Assembly (NCBI GenBank): GCA_030390025.1
Contig: CM059432.1
Span: forward strand, 132,928,001 to 132,992,000
Length of the DNA: 64,000 nucleotides
Origin: Squalus acanthias
Taxonomy: Eukaryota
Reading direction: 5' to 3'
Shown here: in pieces, positions 23,856-37,150 of the stretch
How positions within the stretch are numbered: position 1 is the first letter of the stretch
Layout of the letters: each line of letters opens with the position of its first letter
Notes under the pieces: model-generated
What the model saw: the letters and a program-made list of their open reading frames with translations, nothing else
Database searches by the model: none
What the model was told of the DNA's origin: nothing
Program-made: the position numbers and the translations under genes

Positions 23856-24794
23856 AGATCGTTGTAATACCATTATATCCTCTGGGAGGATATCTATTGT
23901 GTTCCCCTTAATCAGCCATCTCCTGGCCTGTGGTCTTGAAGGCTGGTCTTCTGTCCCTGGTAAGGAATGTTTGGTTTGTATAAGACTTCATGGTTTAATC
24001 ACTAGTAGCCCCTTTGTTTCCTAGCATTCGACCATACCACTGACTCCATTTTGAGGACACATTTAAGACTATTCTTGCGGCAATATCTCCTGCAAGTGAA
24101 AGAAGTTGCTGTTTGTTCCCAGTCACACCGGCCAGGTAAGAGTGAGTAGTCACATGCTATTCCTAGGCTGCTGAAGATGCAGCCTTTCACCATGAGAAGT
24201 TATTCAATTATCAGCTTGTTTTATTTTAGAACAAGATAGGTTTTACATTCGGATTTCCACAAATCCGCAAATAAATGGTGTCGGTCCTTGTCAATTAAGA
24301 GTGTAGTGTGGGAGGCTAGATGTAACGGTTACACAACTGTCTTCATGTCAATTTCAGGATAAACACATTGATATTATTTTAATAACGTTCTTAAATTCCA
24401 GTGCACTCCTGTGAGGCAGGCAGTTGGTCTGTTTGTGTGGGAGTCACAGCACTCGGTTATATTCTGTAAGTTTGGCAGTTGTTCTCGGTATAGTTTTGAA
24501 CTCATGGTGATTACTGTGCAGTAACGGGGCCAGATCTTGCAGCATTCAGGCCAGAACCATAAATGTATGCAGAGAAATGAGAGGAGGGATCAGTAAGAGT
24601 TGGAATAGGTCGCAAGCCTCACACTGGGTGGGGGGGGGGGGGGGGTGTTGTAAGTCAGATCTATCTGAAAACACAAAAGCTCACCTGCCACACCCTTCCT
24701 GCAAACTTCACTGTCATGTGAGTTCGTTTTTTTTAAATGATTGTAGTGTGCAACTATTTTCGAGAGTGTCAAAAGAGCAATGTGTCTTTAAAAT

Positions 24795-25145
24795 ACAGAA
24801 AAAGTTAGAGATGTAACAGGTTTAAAGCAATTACAGAGGCAGGGAAAGGGGGAGGGGGGAGGGGAGAATGAACAAAAGGGACGGTCTGTGATAGGGTGGA
24901 AGGCAGGAGAGATTAAATGAGCAGCGGAGTTATTACCAGCACCTGCTGTCCAGAAACAATGGGGGCAGAGGCTATGATCTGCAATTGTTGAACTCAATGT
25001 TGAGTCTGGAAAGTTGTAAAGTGCATAATCGAAAGATGAGGTGCTGTTTCTCGAGGTTCCGTTGAGCTTCATTGGAACCATGTAAGAGGCCAAGGGCAGA
25101 GAGGGCAGAGAGGGCAGCGTGGGAGTGGGGCCGAGAATTAATGTG
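24795..25145 (-). mobile_element. Penelope-like element 3' fragment
   Basis: Reverse complement of 36560-36990 (EKQHLIFRL...LNIEFNN and 3' UTR). Confidence 0.85.
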
Positions 25146-25803
25146 CTTTAAAGTTTTTTTTTACGACAGAAAATATTTGAAATACACAGTAGACTGATCG
25201 ATGCAAGAAAAAGAATGGCTAATTGAATGTGACTTCATCAGATCTCGGTTCTTAGACCGATTCTTGATATCCCCCCACCCCCTACCACCCAACCCCTTCC
25301 TACTCCTCCTGAAGATATTTTAAAAGTTAAAAAAAAAAAGTTCTGTAATTTTTTTGAAATAAGCTTACTCTGAAACGAGTTAATCCCCTGCCTGGATAGC
25401 CATGGGCACCAGTACAAATACAGTACAGATGTGACAGTGAGCCAGTTTTCTATTATCAATGTGGAACGCACTGCCCGGTGGTTTTATTGGCGGTGTGTGT
25501 TGTAAACGTTTCAATTCACACATCAATGTGAATCTGGGGTGTAATTCCCAGGAACTAGACTCCATAACGGTGTATTGCGGTCTCGAAAACAACATTATTT
25601 CCATATGTAAAATCTATAACTACCAAGATAAATAAATCACTCTTGCTTTAAAAGGCGGAGAAACTGTTGACATCCAAATGATGCCAATTGATTTTTATTC
25701 GGGACGGTTGGGGGGGGCGGACACATAATGTGGAGCTCATCAGGAAATAAATCTCTTGCCCTCACCACGATCTTGAGAAATTTATGAATGTGCTACTAGA
25801 GAA

Positions 25804-26115
25804 TTAGCCTTGGCTCAGTGGTAGCACTCTTGCCTCTCAGTCAAAAGGTCGTTCAAACCCCGCTCTAGAATATGAGCACCTACATTGTCAGCGGCACTGT
25901 CTATCAGACGGGACTTTAAACCATTGCTCTCTCAGATGGCTGTAAAATATCCCATGACACTATTTGCAGAGTCCTCCCAGTGTCCTGGCCAACATTTATC
26001 CTCAACCAACACCACTGGTTATTCATCTCATTGCTGTTTGTGGGACCTTGCTGTGTGTAAATTGGCTGCCATATTTGCTTAAAAATGATTACTGTGCTTC
26101 AAAGGTAGTTCATTT
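25804..26115 (+). mobile_element. Decayed DeuSINE
   Basis: tRNA A-box TGGCTCAGTGG and B-box-like GTTCAAACCC; Deu-domain-like CATTGCTGTTTGTGGGACCTTGCTGTG. Confidence 0.8.
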
Positions 26116-26349
26116 ATAACAATATCAAGATTGCCTAATGCAACATTGCACTTAGTTAACCAATAAATACCTCTGAATAATAAGTAAAGCTACCGTATAT
26201 ATCAAAAGAAATTGATGCCAGCCAAGGGAAGGAAATAATGGGCAATACTGGCATTAAGCATTAAATCAAGAATTGAATGGTCAATAAAGGTAAATTAAAT
26301 CTGGAAAAATAAGTCCTGTATCTGCAAGTCTAAAATGTCCTTTAACTGC

Positions 26350-26580
26350 TTTACCCAGAGTGGTGAGAATGTGGCACTCGCTACCACAGGGAGTGGTTGA
26401 GTCGAATAGTATAGATGCATTTAAGGGGAAGCTAGATAAGCATATGAGGGAGAAAGGAATAGAGGGTTATGCTGATAGAGTTAAATGAGGTAGTATGGGT
26501 GAGCCTTGAGTGGAGCATAAACACCGGCATGGACTGGTTGGGCCGAATGGCCTGTTTCTGTGCTGTATATCCTATGTAAC
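26350..26580 (+). mobile_element. CR1 LINE 3' end
   Basis: TTTACCCAGAGTGGTGAGAATGTGG...GGCCGAATGGCCTGTTTCTGTGCTGTATATCCTATGT. Confidence 0.85.
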
Positions 26581-27182
26581 CACCTGTGTGTTTTATTATT
26601 CTCCTGCAATAAAATTGACTGAATGTTGGGACTGCTTGCAGCTCCAGTTATGACAGGACTGTGTCCCACCACACTTTCAGTGTGACTACTTGTTTTCACA
26701 TGTCATAGTTCTATATTCAGGGCTGTAGTCGGCAGCTTTTTTGGTGGGCTGTGTCAATTGAAGCTGCTGGTCAGTTTTCACTAATTTTGTTAGGCTGTCA
26801 TGTAAGATCTTACAAACAACACATGTAGGCTCAGTACGTGCAGTGCTGGAGTGTTCAAAGAAACATGAGTTCAAATCCCATTGATGACTGGTGTTCAGAC
26901 CTGGGTGTCCTATTGAGGAAGGGGGATTGTTTGAGGTTTTCCAGGCCTGACCATGTTACTCAGGGTGGAATGGAGGGATGGCCAAGATGCAAATCCCTTC
27001 TGGTGAGTTAGCTTAAGGTGTTCTGATGGGATTGTTGGAGATATCCACAGACTGGAGTCGTCCCTACCCTCTCACCTAAAAGAGCACGCATTTGAGTTAC
27101 AGGGGGTGATTTGCATCTCTCTACTGCCTCATTTTCCAGGGTGAATGGGGTTCCAGGTTGAATAGGGTAGTAACAAGACAAG

Positions 27183-27937
27183 GGGCTGGATTTTCATAGA
27201 CCCGTGGAGGCGGGTTTGGAGGCGTGTGGGGGGTTAAAATAGCGAAAAGTGGTGGGCGGACCCAATCCCGCCTCCATTCCGCCTCCACGCAATTTTGATG
27301 AAATCGTGTGCGGTGGTCCCGTCTCTGTCCCGCCTCCAAGAGGCGGGAGAGGCCATTAAAGCCCTTAACAAGCCCTAAATTGGCTCTGTAATGCCATTTT
27401 GAAACGTTTTAGCTAGTTTAACCCTTTTCCCACGTGAAGCACGCCTGATCTGAAACACGCCAGTGAAACCTGGCGGGAGCACAAGTGGATAGCTGACTAT
27501 CAGCTGCAGGCCCACTATTACAACGGAGATGTGATGAAGGTAGTAGTAGTAGTATTAGGTCTGAAAGTCGCCTCTGATGCTGCTGCATTGAATGTCTTCA
27601 GAGACTGCCTGGCCTTTGCTGTGAGAGGACCTGGATGCAAAAAAATTCTCTCTCTCTCTCTCTCTCTCTCTCTGAGCTGCTGCTCATTTTGCATCCAGGT
27701 CCTCTCACAGCAAAGGCCAGGCAGTCTCTGACCTGCAATGCAGCAACAATGATGACATCATCAGAGGCGACTTTCAGACTAAAACCACTAATTGGTTCAT
27801 GGGTTCCCACATGCTGGAACTCAATTGCCCAATTAAGTGAAAATTGCATCAATCTCCCACATCCAATTGCAGTCGGGTGGATAACACGAAATGCGGATGA
27901 CACGACCCCAACCCGCCCCAGTATCAAAATCCAGCCC
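27183..27937. mobile_element. Harbinger-type MITE with central palindrome
   Basis: Perfect 12-bp TIR GGGCTGGATTTT / AAAATCCAGCCC, TSD AAG; internal perfect IRs of 45 and 21 bp around a (CT)n tract. Confidence 0.9.
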
Positions 27938-28707
27938 AAGAGTACTAAAAATAAACTTTAATACTGACTTCTCGCCCAATGTGATTTTCAAGTGGCTCTT
28001 GACCTAAGGCAGCAAAAACTCCCGCTGCGAACAGGACGGGGTCCTCATCCTTCTGTGCAAGTTGCGATCTTATGACATCTCTAGGACTCCGATGCAATTT
28101 TTGTCGTCGCCTCTCATGGCATCCTTTCAGTAGTCAAACCCTGCCCCCTCCCCCCTATTCATGGGCGATACAGGGTGTGAATTGGCCAGGTCCAGTGCAA
28201 GTTAAAGGGACCACTAGAAGCAGGTCTGGGAATATTATTGATTCAGTGGTTTTGAGCTGTCAGGATGACCTGAATTGCCCTCCATGCTCCTTCTGCAAAG
28301 CCCTTCACCCTTAAATGTTGCCTCCTGTGGCCCCCCCTGATCTGCCCAGCCCTCCCCTTTACCATGCTGCAGGCCCATGTTCAGTGGCTGCCCTGCTGGA
28401 TTTCCTGCCCTCCCACAACGGTGAGCTGCCTGTCAGCACTTAACTCACATGGGGAGCTCGCTGACTAAGCTTAAATGCAGCCTGACTTTCAAAATGGTTG
28501 GGGCCTCTCGCCGACATCATTGGCTGGGTGCTGCCATCACTCCACCAAATGCTGCCAAAGGTAGGCCAAAGACCAAAATCGGAGCCTTGGTATTAAATGT
28601 GACCCCAGCTTACTCCTTGGGACGTTTTACTATGTTAAAGGCGCTATATAAATACAAGTTGTTGTTGTTACTTACGCTACGAAAATTTAAAGCAAGTTTT
28701 TAACCTT

Positions 28708-29380
28708 GGCCCAGATATTCCGATCCCTACGGGTGGGTACGTGCTGTGTACCCACCCGTAGGGACATCGGAAATGCCGGTTTCAGGCATGCACAGCGCAT
28801 GCGCTGAAAACCGGCATTTCCGATCTGTCAAGAATGGTCTTGACAGATCCTCCAGCTGCCCGGGAGAAGGGCCTCTGCGGGCGGATAGTTCCGCTTTTTG
28901 GAGACCCTCCGCCCGCAGAAAACCCTTACAATTCTTAAGCCTGATTTATCATTTAAAAATACATAAGTTTATTTTTAGCCCTGTAAAAAACTTTAATTAT
29001 TTTTTTCAAAAAATAAAATTTTTGTTTAAAATGCTTAATTTATTGTAATTTCAAGTCATTTTGAAAATGTGATTTTTAAAAAAATTATTTAAAGTTTTAC
29101 TGTGTTTTTTCATTGATCTCCATTCATATATTTGACAGGACTTCCTGTCAAGTGTATGAAGGGAGATTCCCTTCTGTGATTGGCTCTCCATGGCCCACGT
29201 GATCCCAGGGACGCTGCGAACTACCTGCGCCCCTGGGATACGTGGGCCCTGCGCACTTCAAGTTTGGTGAGGCCCAGGAGCGGAAGCGTGTGCGTCCCGG
29301 GAGCCCTCAGGGAAGGGCGCAGATTTTTCCAGATCGCAGGCCTCCGCCCGCAGGAGGCCTGCGATCGGAAAATGCGGGCC
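28708..29380. mobile_element. Harbinger-type MITE, family C
   Basis: Ends GGCCCAGATATTCCGAT / ATCGGAAAATGCGGGCC; homolog of 12161-12920 with an internal deletion. Confidence 0.9.
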
Positions 29381-29595
29381 CGTGTCTTTAATAAACTAAG
29401 TCGTGATACAGTACTTGTTCATTCTTCTTGTCAGGACCTAAGGATGCTGCAGGCTTTTTGTAGCATGTTGCATTCATCTTTGGAATTCCGTTTGGATGGC
29501 AGGTCAAGTTGATTGCAATAATTGAATTTATCTGCTCTTCTTGCTTGCATTCCTTTCAATTTGACGTGAGCTTCTTTGTCATAATAAGATAGTCT

Positions 29596-30195
29596 GGAGT
29601 GGATTTTTCCCCCCAGAGTGGTGGGAGGCCCCGTCCCTTTTGAAGACTGGGCTTCATTTGCATCAGGCCGGCAGGCTGAGGCCGGAAACCGAGTGCAATA
29701 TCGGGCCTCCTGGCCATCCTGCGGGACAGAGGCAGGTCGTTTCCTGGAGGGGAGAGGCCCGGTCTGCAGATGTGAGGAAAGGTGGGTGTCGGAATGGCAG
29801 CATCCCAGGCTGGATTTGTGGAACCAGGAGGAGCGCGCCTGTTCCTCCCAGCACTCACACAAAATGAAGAGGAACTCGCCTGCTGGCGATCCCCTTTGCC
29901 GGGACCGCCAGCTGATCCCAGACTGAGCACAGGCGGCATGCGTTCCGTCCCAGCTCGGTCCAAAAATGGCAAGCAGGGTCCTCTGTGTGCCGTAGGACCC
30001 TGACTAGCATTTGAAATGGGCTTACCTCCTGACTCGGGTCTGGTCTGGTCTGGCTGCCCAGTGGTAGGCCCAGCGAAATGTTGCCATGGTCACGACGACG
30101 GCGGCAACGGGGCAGTAGGTCATTGTCGACCATTGTCATGGCACTATCACCCTGTTTCCGCCGGGGGAGTGGAGGGGGGCCTCAGAATTCACTCT
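29596..30195. mobile_element. Older Harbinger-type MITE
   Basis: GC-rich block bounded by GGAGTGGATTTT / AGAATTCACTCT with TSD TCT. Confidence 0.65.
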
Positions 30196-32930
30196 TCTGT
30201 TCGTTATTCTGAGGCACTACAAAAGTGGGACATTGTCATTCTGAGAGAATGCTACAGGTGTGCAGTTGGAAAGACTATTACATTTTGAAAGCTTCCTTCT
30301 GCACATTTGCTTTTTATACCTTTGTATTTTTTTCTTGGCTTCATTTTAGGGCCTCTGCCTCACTACACACCGTGGCCTTCTGCCAATGCTGTTCCAAGAG
30401 TCACTGAAGTATCCTCTGTACATTAGATAGAGGAGGGAGTGAGAGAGATTCATTATGGGCAGAGTAAAGCCACTGTTGTGCTAGTGCTTGTTCATGGGTC
30501 TACATTCTGCTTCTGGGATAGGGGAGCCGGGTTTAGTAGTGCAATCACTGGGAGCAGGCCGATGGTGTCCTGGGATCAGACCTAAAGCAACGCCAGTATA
30601 AGAGCAGCTTAAGCTAGGCGGATGAAAGTCGCAATCATCAGCCGGCTCTATTTAGAACAATCTTTCCATTTCCCAATGGCTCTTCCTCACAATTTACCAA
30701 TATTTGACGAGCTTTTATTCTCCCTTTTAAAATAAACGAAGGCATCGGTACTTACAAATTTGGGATTTTCGATGTTCACCAGAGGAAGGAAAATCCACAA
30801 TTAAATTTCGCTTTAGTGTCTGACGAACAATGACTGTCCCCTTCGAGATCAGTAGCCCATGCACAGTAATGTACCTTTCAGCTGTGTACTTTTATTGCAC
30901 ACTGAACAATCTCTTGAAATTGTGCACAGGCACAATTTCTTTTCACATAACAAGTCAGATAGTTCAAAGAGTCCAATTTTTCATTTTATAGCCCTGGGCA
31001 ATCTCTCTCTCCTCACCACCCCCCCCCACCCCCACCCCTTTGAGATGTAAAAATTAAAGTCGAATGCTGACTTTTTGATGTTTGATTGACAAAAATCAAT
31101 TGCACTTAATGAAGTAACTTAAAGACGGACTCACTCCGTTCTTTGGATCTTTCACCGAGCTTCTGCCAGAATTGCTGATGGATCTCACCGTTTTGGTATG
31201 TGCAGGATGATTGACATGCCATGGAGGGTGTACTGTTTTCCACAACCAACATTCAGTGCCAGCGGCTGTTCAATAAATGGGCTGCAGGCGCGACATGGTG
31301 CTTCTGTTACAGTTGCTGTTTTTAGACGAGACACTAAAGCAAGTATTGTCATTTTTTTTAATGTCCAGGTGATGCTTTCCTCTCGCATAACACGGGCAGT
31401 TTTATAAAAAGAAGGTTTGCCCATCTTCCTTTCTCTCCCTTGCCCCCTGCCCAATCCAGGTTAATGTTGGGTAAATACCAAGTTCCCAGCCTGCTGCCTG
31501 ATTGTTTACCTGCCATCTGGGATAATGCGTTTTCTCAATAAGTTAGTCTTTCATTTAAGGATCATCTTATATCAGATCAGAGCAGCATTAGGAGATTGAT
31601 GAGGATCTCGGGAAACTGTGGAAGCTTAGGGAAACAAATCCGACAAATATGAATGCTTCGAGGAAGCCAAAGCCACAGCAACAATGGAATTCAGCAGCTT
31701 GAGCTGTTTCCATAGTGTGGCTGAACTTAATCCCATAATTGGCTGAGCTTCAGTAATGGGTGAAAGTTAGCAAAGAGCTCTTTTCAACTTTAAATAGCAG
31801 ATGTGCATCAGTTAATAGGGTTGTCACATAAGCAGCACCAATAATCTATTACAAAGTTTATTTTCAAGAGGGCTGGGGGTGGGGGCTGGGGTGGGGTGGG
31901 GTGGGGGGAGGAAAACCACTGTGTGGTACTGTTAATCGCACAGGCAAAAGAACCCTATTCATGATAAATGATTATGATCTTGAGCCATTTTCATGCAGAA
32001 AAGAACAAAAGGCGGAGATGACGGGATTGAAATGAGCTTTTGGCTTTAGTTGAGAAGTGAGATAATATCCTATAGAAGCACATGAAAGTGCCGAGTAAAA
32101 CGAGTATGGAAACTTGGCTGATAAGTAAACAGGTGAGTGCTTGATAGGACCTATCGCAACCCCTCCCCCCAAAAAAGGGAAAAATGATTTACTACCTGGA
32201 CCTGTTCTCTTTGCATCCACTGGCTGAATCATTGTAACTGTGACTGTTAAATGTTTTTTTTCCATGTTTAATCCAATTTTTACATTCTAATCTTTTTCCA
32301 AATCACATTCTGTATAAACTGTCAGGTTTATAAAATATTTGAACTTGATCGCAACAGAGTAAGTTAAAAGAAATAAAATAGTTTTTGTCCTTTTAGAAAC
32401 TGTTCTGCTACAATTGAATTATGTAAATTTGATTTAACATTTGCACTTGTGTCCCTGATAAACAAATACATTTTACTCCTAATTCAAAATCACATCATTC
32501 AAGTTTTCTACCAATTCAATTTTTAACACAAAATTTCCACTTCGCTGTGTTATTTATTTTTAATTCAAATTAGTGGACAATTCAAATGTCTCAAAGTGCA
32601 AAAAAATAAATATGAATGATCAGGAGTAGATAATAATTCCAGTTTAAATCTAGTGACAAATGGATTATTACTTATTGGGAACTGACTGGCAGGAATTTAT
32701 ACAGTAGATATTAAACGCAGTGCGACTTTTTCAATACTTTAGCCTATTGTCTTAGTCTCCCTTGAGAACAAATATCTTCATGCAAGACAGGGATTTATTC
32801 AGCGCCATTTGTTTAAAGCGAAGCAACAGCTCAGGGCACTGAGGGGAAAAAAAACTGTTGTGAAATGGGTTGCTGGTATTGGGAGTCTTACTTTACACCA
32901 GGCAAACATTGGTCTCCTCTCTACTCACCG

Positions 32931-33566
32931 TAGTAGTGATACCCGCCCTGCTGTATGCCTCAGAGATATGGACCATGTACAGCAGGCACCTCAATGCACT
33001 GGAGAGGTACCACCAACGCTGACTCCGCAAGATCCTGCAAATCCATTGGCAGGATAGGCGCACCAACGTCAGTGTTCTCGCTCAGGCCAACATCCCCAGC
33101 ATCGAAGCTTTGACTACGCTCGATCAGCTCCGATGGACGGGTCACATTGTCCGCATGCCCGATACGAGACTCCCAAAACAAGCGCTCTACTCGGAGCTCC
33201 GACACGGCAAGAGAGCCCCAGGTGGGCAGAGGAAACGCTTCAAGGACACCCTCAAAGCCTCCTTGAAAAAGTGCATTGACACCTGGGAATCCCTGGCCCA
33301 AGACCGCACAAAGTGGAGGAGAAGCATCCGGGAAGGCGCCGAACACCTCGAGTCTCTTCATCGGGAGCAAGCGGAAGCCAAGCGCAAACAGCGGAAGGAG
33401 CGCACGTCAACCCAAGCACCCCACCCACCCGCCCCTTCAACCACCGTCTGCCCCACCTGTGACAGAGACTGTAGGTCTCGCATTGGACTCATCAGTCACC
33501 TGAGAACTCATTTTTAATGTAGAAGTAAGTCATCCTCGGCTCCAAGGGACTGCCTAAGAAGAAGAC
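32931..33566 (+). mobile_element. RTE-clade (BovB-like) LINE 3' fragment
   Basis: QLRWTGHIVRMPDTRLPKQALYSEL...GGQRKRFKDTLK, C-terminal CPTCDRDCRSRIGLISHLRTH zinc finger, (GAA)n tail. Confidence 0.93.
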
Positions 33567-35426
33567 GACTAAACTATTCAATAGTTAATAAGAATACATT
33601 GGGTCATGGAGTTTAGTTTAAAATGGGTTATTTACATCAATGATGAACAATATGCAGGAAATGTCATGTTATACTAGGGCACCTTGTAGTGAATGGTGTT
33701 GCTTCTAACTCCTCTTATTGTGTTGCTTATATGCTTTTCTACTCTAAATCAGTGCTGTCAGTTCTTGTTTTTAATGTTCATTTTTCTATTTTGTTAATAA
33801 AGAAAAAAATCTTCCTCTCTCTTTTTAGTTCTCTCCTGAGCCTTGAAGGTGGGAGGGTGGGCAATCTGCTTCCTTGCCTCTCTGTTAATGACGCACCGTA
33901 CCTAGCCTCTGGGGAGGTGCAGGAGTGTGTGTGGGGTTGGGAGTAGGGAACCTCATCTTGCTGTCTTCCCCCTCCTCCCCATCTCCCTGTGCAGAAGCAC
34001 CATGACTCAATCCCGTGTAACCTTCTAATGCCGAGGCTGAGATCAGGAACTCGCCAGCTAGGATCCAGTGGGAAGAAGCAAAGCCACATTGTACCAGTAT
34101 ATCTGCCCATGCTGCTCATCCAAATGGACTCTTGTGTGGCAAAAGTGATGAACCAGACTGAATTACACTGAAAAGAACACAAAATGCTGTTGGCGCCTCT
34201 TTGAAGTAAAATAGCATTTCCCAACAAAAAATACCATCAAACTGAAATTGTTCCCATCAGTACTTGCTCTTTTCCACTGGTCCCTGAACTCGTAAATAGA
34301 GGAATTTGCTCCTAAATCAGGAGCAATATCTGTCTGCCTTCTATTGAAAAATCTGTAACAAATTGGGAGCCAACTGCAAGCATCAATTAGGCTAGGTAGC
34401 CACCTCCCCGCCTCTCCGGCAGACCCCGTGCAATTTGCCAGGTCTGACCTGTCCCAGGTGACCTGTTCCCAGGTCTCTCAACAATGCTGCTCTGAACCAG
34501 TTATTAGAAGACACATGAATGGTCTGGAATGACTCATTTTGCCCTCCTTGTTTTTGCTTTCTCCTTCACAACAGCAGGATGCCTGAGATTGGGAGCTGAG
34601 TGAAGTGAATCTGTACTCCTAATAGGGCGTGGACTCCAAAGACTCCCATTCTATAGAAATGCTGAGCTGTGAGATACTATATGGTGTTTAGGACTTTTAC
34701 TTTATTTGACAGCCTTGCAAGGGCACTGTGCAATGTGCAAGATATCATTTTAAGATAAAACTACATTTGGTCGCTATAAATTGTCCATGTCCATTCAGCC
34801 AAAAGTGTTTCAAATGCACTAAACATTTGTAGCAGAACCTGTACACAAGTCTGTAACTATTTATGATTCCTGACCACTTCAACCAGCATAGCCAAAGCAA
34901 AAAGCGTCCCATTTGGAAAATCTGGCATGATACCACGTTTAACAGGGATATCGTGTAATGTACAATAGGTAGTAATTATTTTTAAGATGGTTTCAAGGAC
35001 CTTTTGAAGTCACCAGCTAGCCTGTTGAAATCAAGGAAGCACAACTTTAATATACCCTTAGTACGTTTGATAAATTGCATGAGTAAATCTACATGATTGG
35101 TCATGACAATATGGTTCCTCTACGATTGGGTAGGACAGTGATCGACCACATTTTGAGTTGTCCATCACCCTGAAGTCATTCATCTGTCCCAAGGTTTTGA
35201 AACATGAAGGAGTTAGACAGATGAAAAGAGTCAGGGAAGTTTACATAGCAACGTCATTATATTTGCAGTGGGATAATCATACGAGTTAAATCCTATTAAT
35301 TTCCTATTTACGTATTGTGGAAAGGTGCACATATGCAGTTGATAGTAGCAATCATCCTTGGAAATGCAACAATGCCATGAAACTACGCCGGAATCCCAGA
35401 TGCAAACAATCGACTCTATGGAAATG

Positions 35427-35731
35427 AACCCGCGACCTCTTCCACCTAGAAGGACAAGGGCAGCAGGCGCATGGGAACACCACCACCTCCAAGTTCCCCT
35501 CCAAGTCACACATCATCCTGACTTAGAAGTATATCGCCAATCCTTCATCGTCACTGGGTCAAAATCCTGGAACTCCCTACCTAACAGCACTGTGGAAGTA
35601 CCTTCACCACACGGACTGCAGCTGTTCAAGAAGGCAGCTCACCACCACCTTCTCAAGGGCAATTAGGGATGGCCAATAAATGCTGGCCTTGCCAGTGACG
35701 TCCACATCCCATAAACGAATAAAAAAAAAAA
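35427..35731 (+). mobile_element. CR1-group LINE family 2, 3' fragment
   Basis: Matches 7378-7680; poly-A tail. Confidence 0.92.
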
Positions 35732-35980
35732 GTGCCCTCTTGGCTCGTGTAGCACACTGCAGTGTGCTAATATTGTGAATATACTACCAACCATCTGTCA
35801 AATAAAAAGCACAACCACAAACCAATAGACATCCACTATAAGCCCAATGACTCCCACAGCTACCTGGACTACACTTCCTCCCACCCCGCTTCCTGTAAGG
35901 ACTCTATTCCATTCTCCCAGTTTCTCCATCTCCGCCGCATCTGTTCTGACGATGCCACCTTCCATACTAGTGCTTCCGAT

Positions 35981-36727
35981 ATGTCTTCCTTTTTCCTCAA
36001 CCGAGGATTCCCCTCTACTGTGTTTGACATGGCCCTCGACCGTGTCCGTTCCATTTCCCGCACTTCTGCTCTCACCCCTTCCCCTCCCTCCCAGAACCAC
36101 GATAGGGTTCCCCTTGTTATCACCTTTCACCCCACCAGCCACCACATTCAATGGATCATCCTCCACCATTTCCGCCACCTCCAGCATGATCCCACCACCA
36201 AACACATCTTCCCCTCGCCCCCCCTTTCAGCATTCCGAAGGGATCGCTCCCTCCGTGACACCCAGGTCCACTCCTCTATCACCCCCAACACCCCTTCCCC
36301 TTCGCCCGGCACCTTACCGTGCAAGCGCAGGAGACGCAACACCTGTTCTTTTACCTCCTCCCTTCCCACTGTCCAGGGTCCCAAACACTCCTTCCAGGTG
36401 AAACAGCAATTTACTTGTACTTCTTGCAATTTAGTATACTGTATTCGCTGCTCACGATGCGGTCTCCTCTACATTGGGGAGACCGAACGCAGATTGGATG
36501 ACTGCTTTGCAGAACACCTCCGTTCAGTCCGTAAGGGTGACCCCGAGCTTCCGGTCGTCTGTCACTTTAATTCTCCGCACCACTCCCACTCTGATCTCTC
36601 CGTCCTCGGCCTCTTACATGGTTCCAAAGAAGCCCAATGTAAGCTCGAGGAACAGCACCTCATCTTTCGATTAGGCACTTTACAGCCTTCTGGACTCAAC
36701 ATCGAGTTCAACAATTTCAGACTATAA
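35981..36727 (+). pseudogene. Penelope GIY-YIG endonuclease frame (fragment of TE ORF)
   Basis: NLVYCIRCSRCGLLYIGET...EH...HF...EQHLIFRLGTLQPSGLN. Confidence 0.9.
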
Positions 36728-36993
36728 CCTCTGCCCCTATGTTTTCTTTTTTCTCCCACATGGCAGCTGTTGATGATTCTGCCATTGCCATTTACACTTC
36801 ATCTCAAGTCATCTTTTGTTTCTTGACTTGTCCCATTACCATCTCCTTTTGCCTTGCACCATCATCCCTTTTGTCTTTTAATCTCTCCTGCCTTCCAGCC
36901 TATCACAGACCTTCCCTTTTGTTCTTTCCTCCCCTCCCCCCTTTCCCTGCCCCTGCACTTGCTTAAAAATCTGTTACTTCTCCAACTTTTTCC

Positions 36994-37030
36994 AGTTCTG
37001 ACGAAGGGCCATCGACCTGAAACGTTAATT
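36994..37030 (+). ncRNA. Minimal type I hammerhead ribozyme motif in Penelope terminal repeat
   Basis: AGTT-CTGACGA-AGGGCCATCGACCT-GAAA-CG-TT-AATT; the sister copy at 54228-54252 shows the perfect stem II AGGTC/GACCT and the stem I partner AACT. Confidence 0.72.
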
Positions 37031-37150
37031 CTGTTTCTCTCTCCACGATGCTGCCTGACCTGCTAAGTATTTCCAGCATTTTCTGTTGTTGTTATACATT
37101 TCCTATATAAGTTCACCTCTCAGTGGCCTTGTTTCCAGGCTGTAAGGTCC

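Larger units (their letters stand above)
35818..37092 (+). mobile_element. Penelope-like retroelement, 5'-truncated (RT C-terminus, GIY-YIG endonuclease, terminal repeat)
   Basis: Frame DIHYKPNDSHSYLDYTSSHP... continues into ORF 35981..36727, followed by a pyrimidine-rich 3' UTR and terminal repeat. Confidence 0.93.

Noticed and set aside
29431-30288. Cluster of overlapping ORFs suggesting a coding exon or CpG-island promoter
   Set aside because: Explained by the stop-poor GC-rich MITE at 29596-30195
32076-32132. 57-nt symmetric exon candidate (KHMKVPSKTSMETWLISKQ) ending CAG|GTGAGT
   Set aside because: The acceptor lacks a polypyrimidine tract and the peptide is not recognisable
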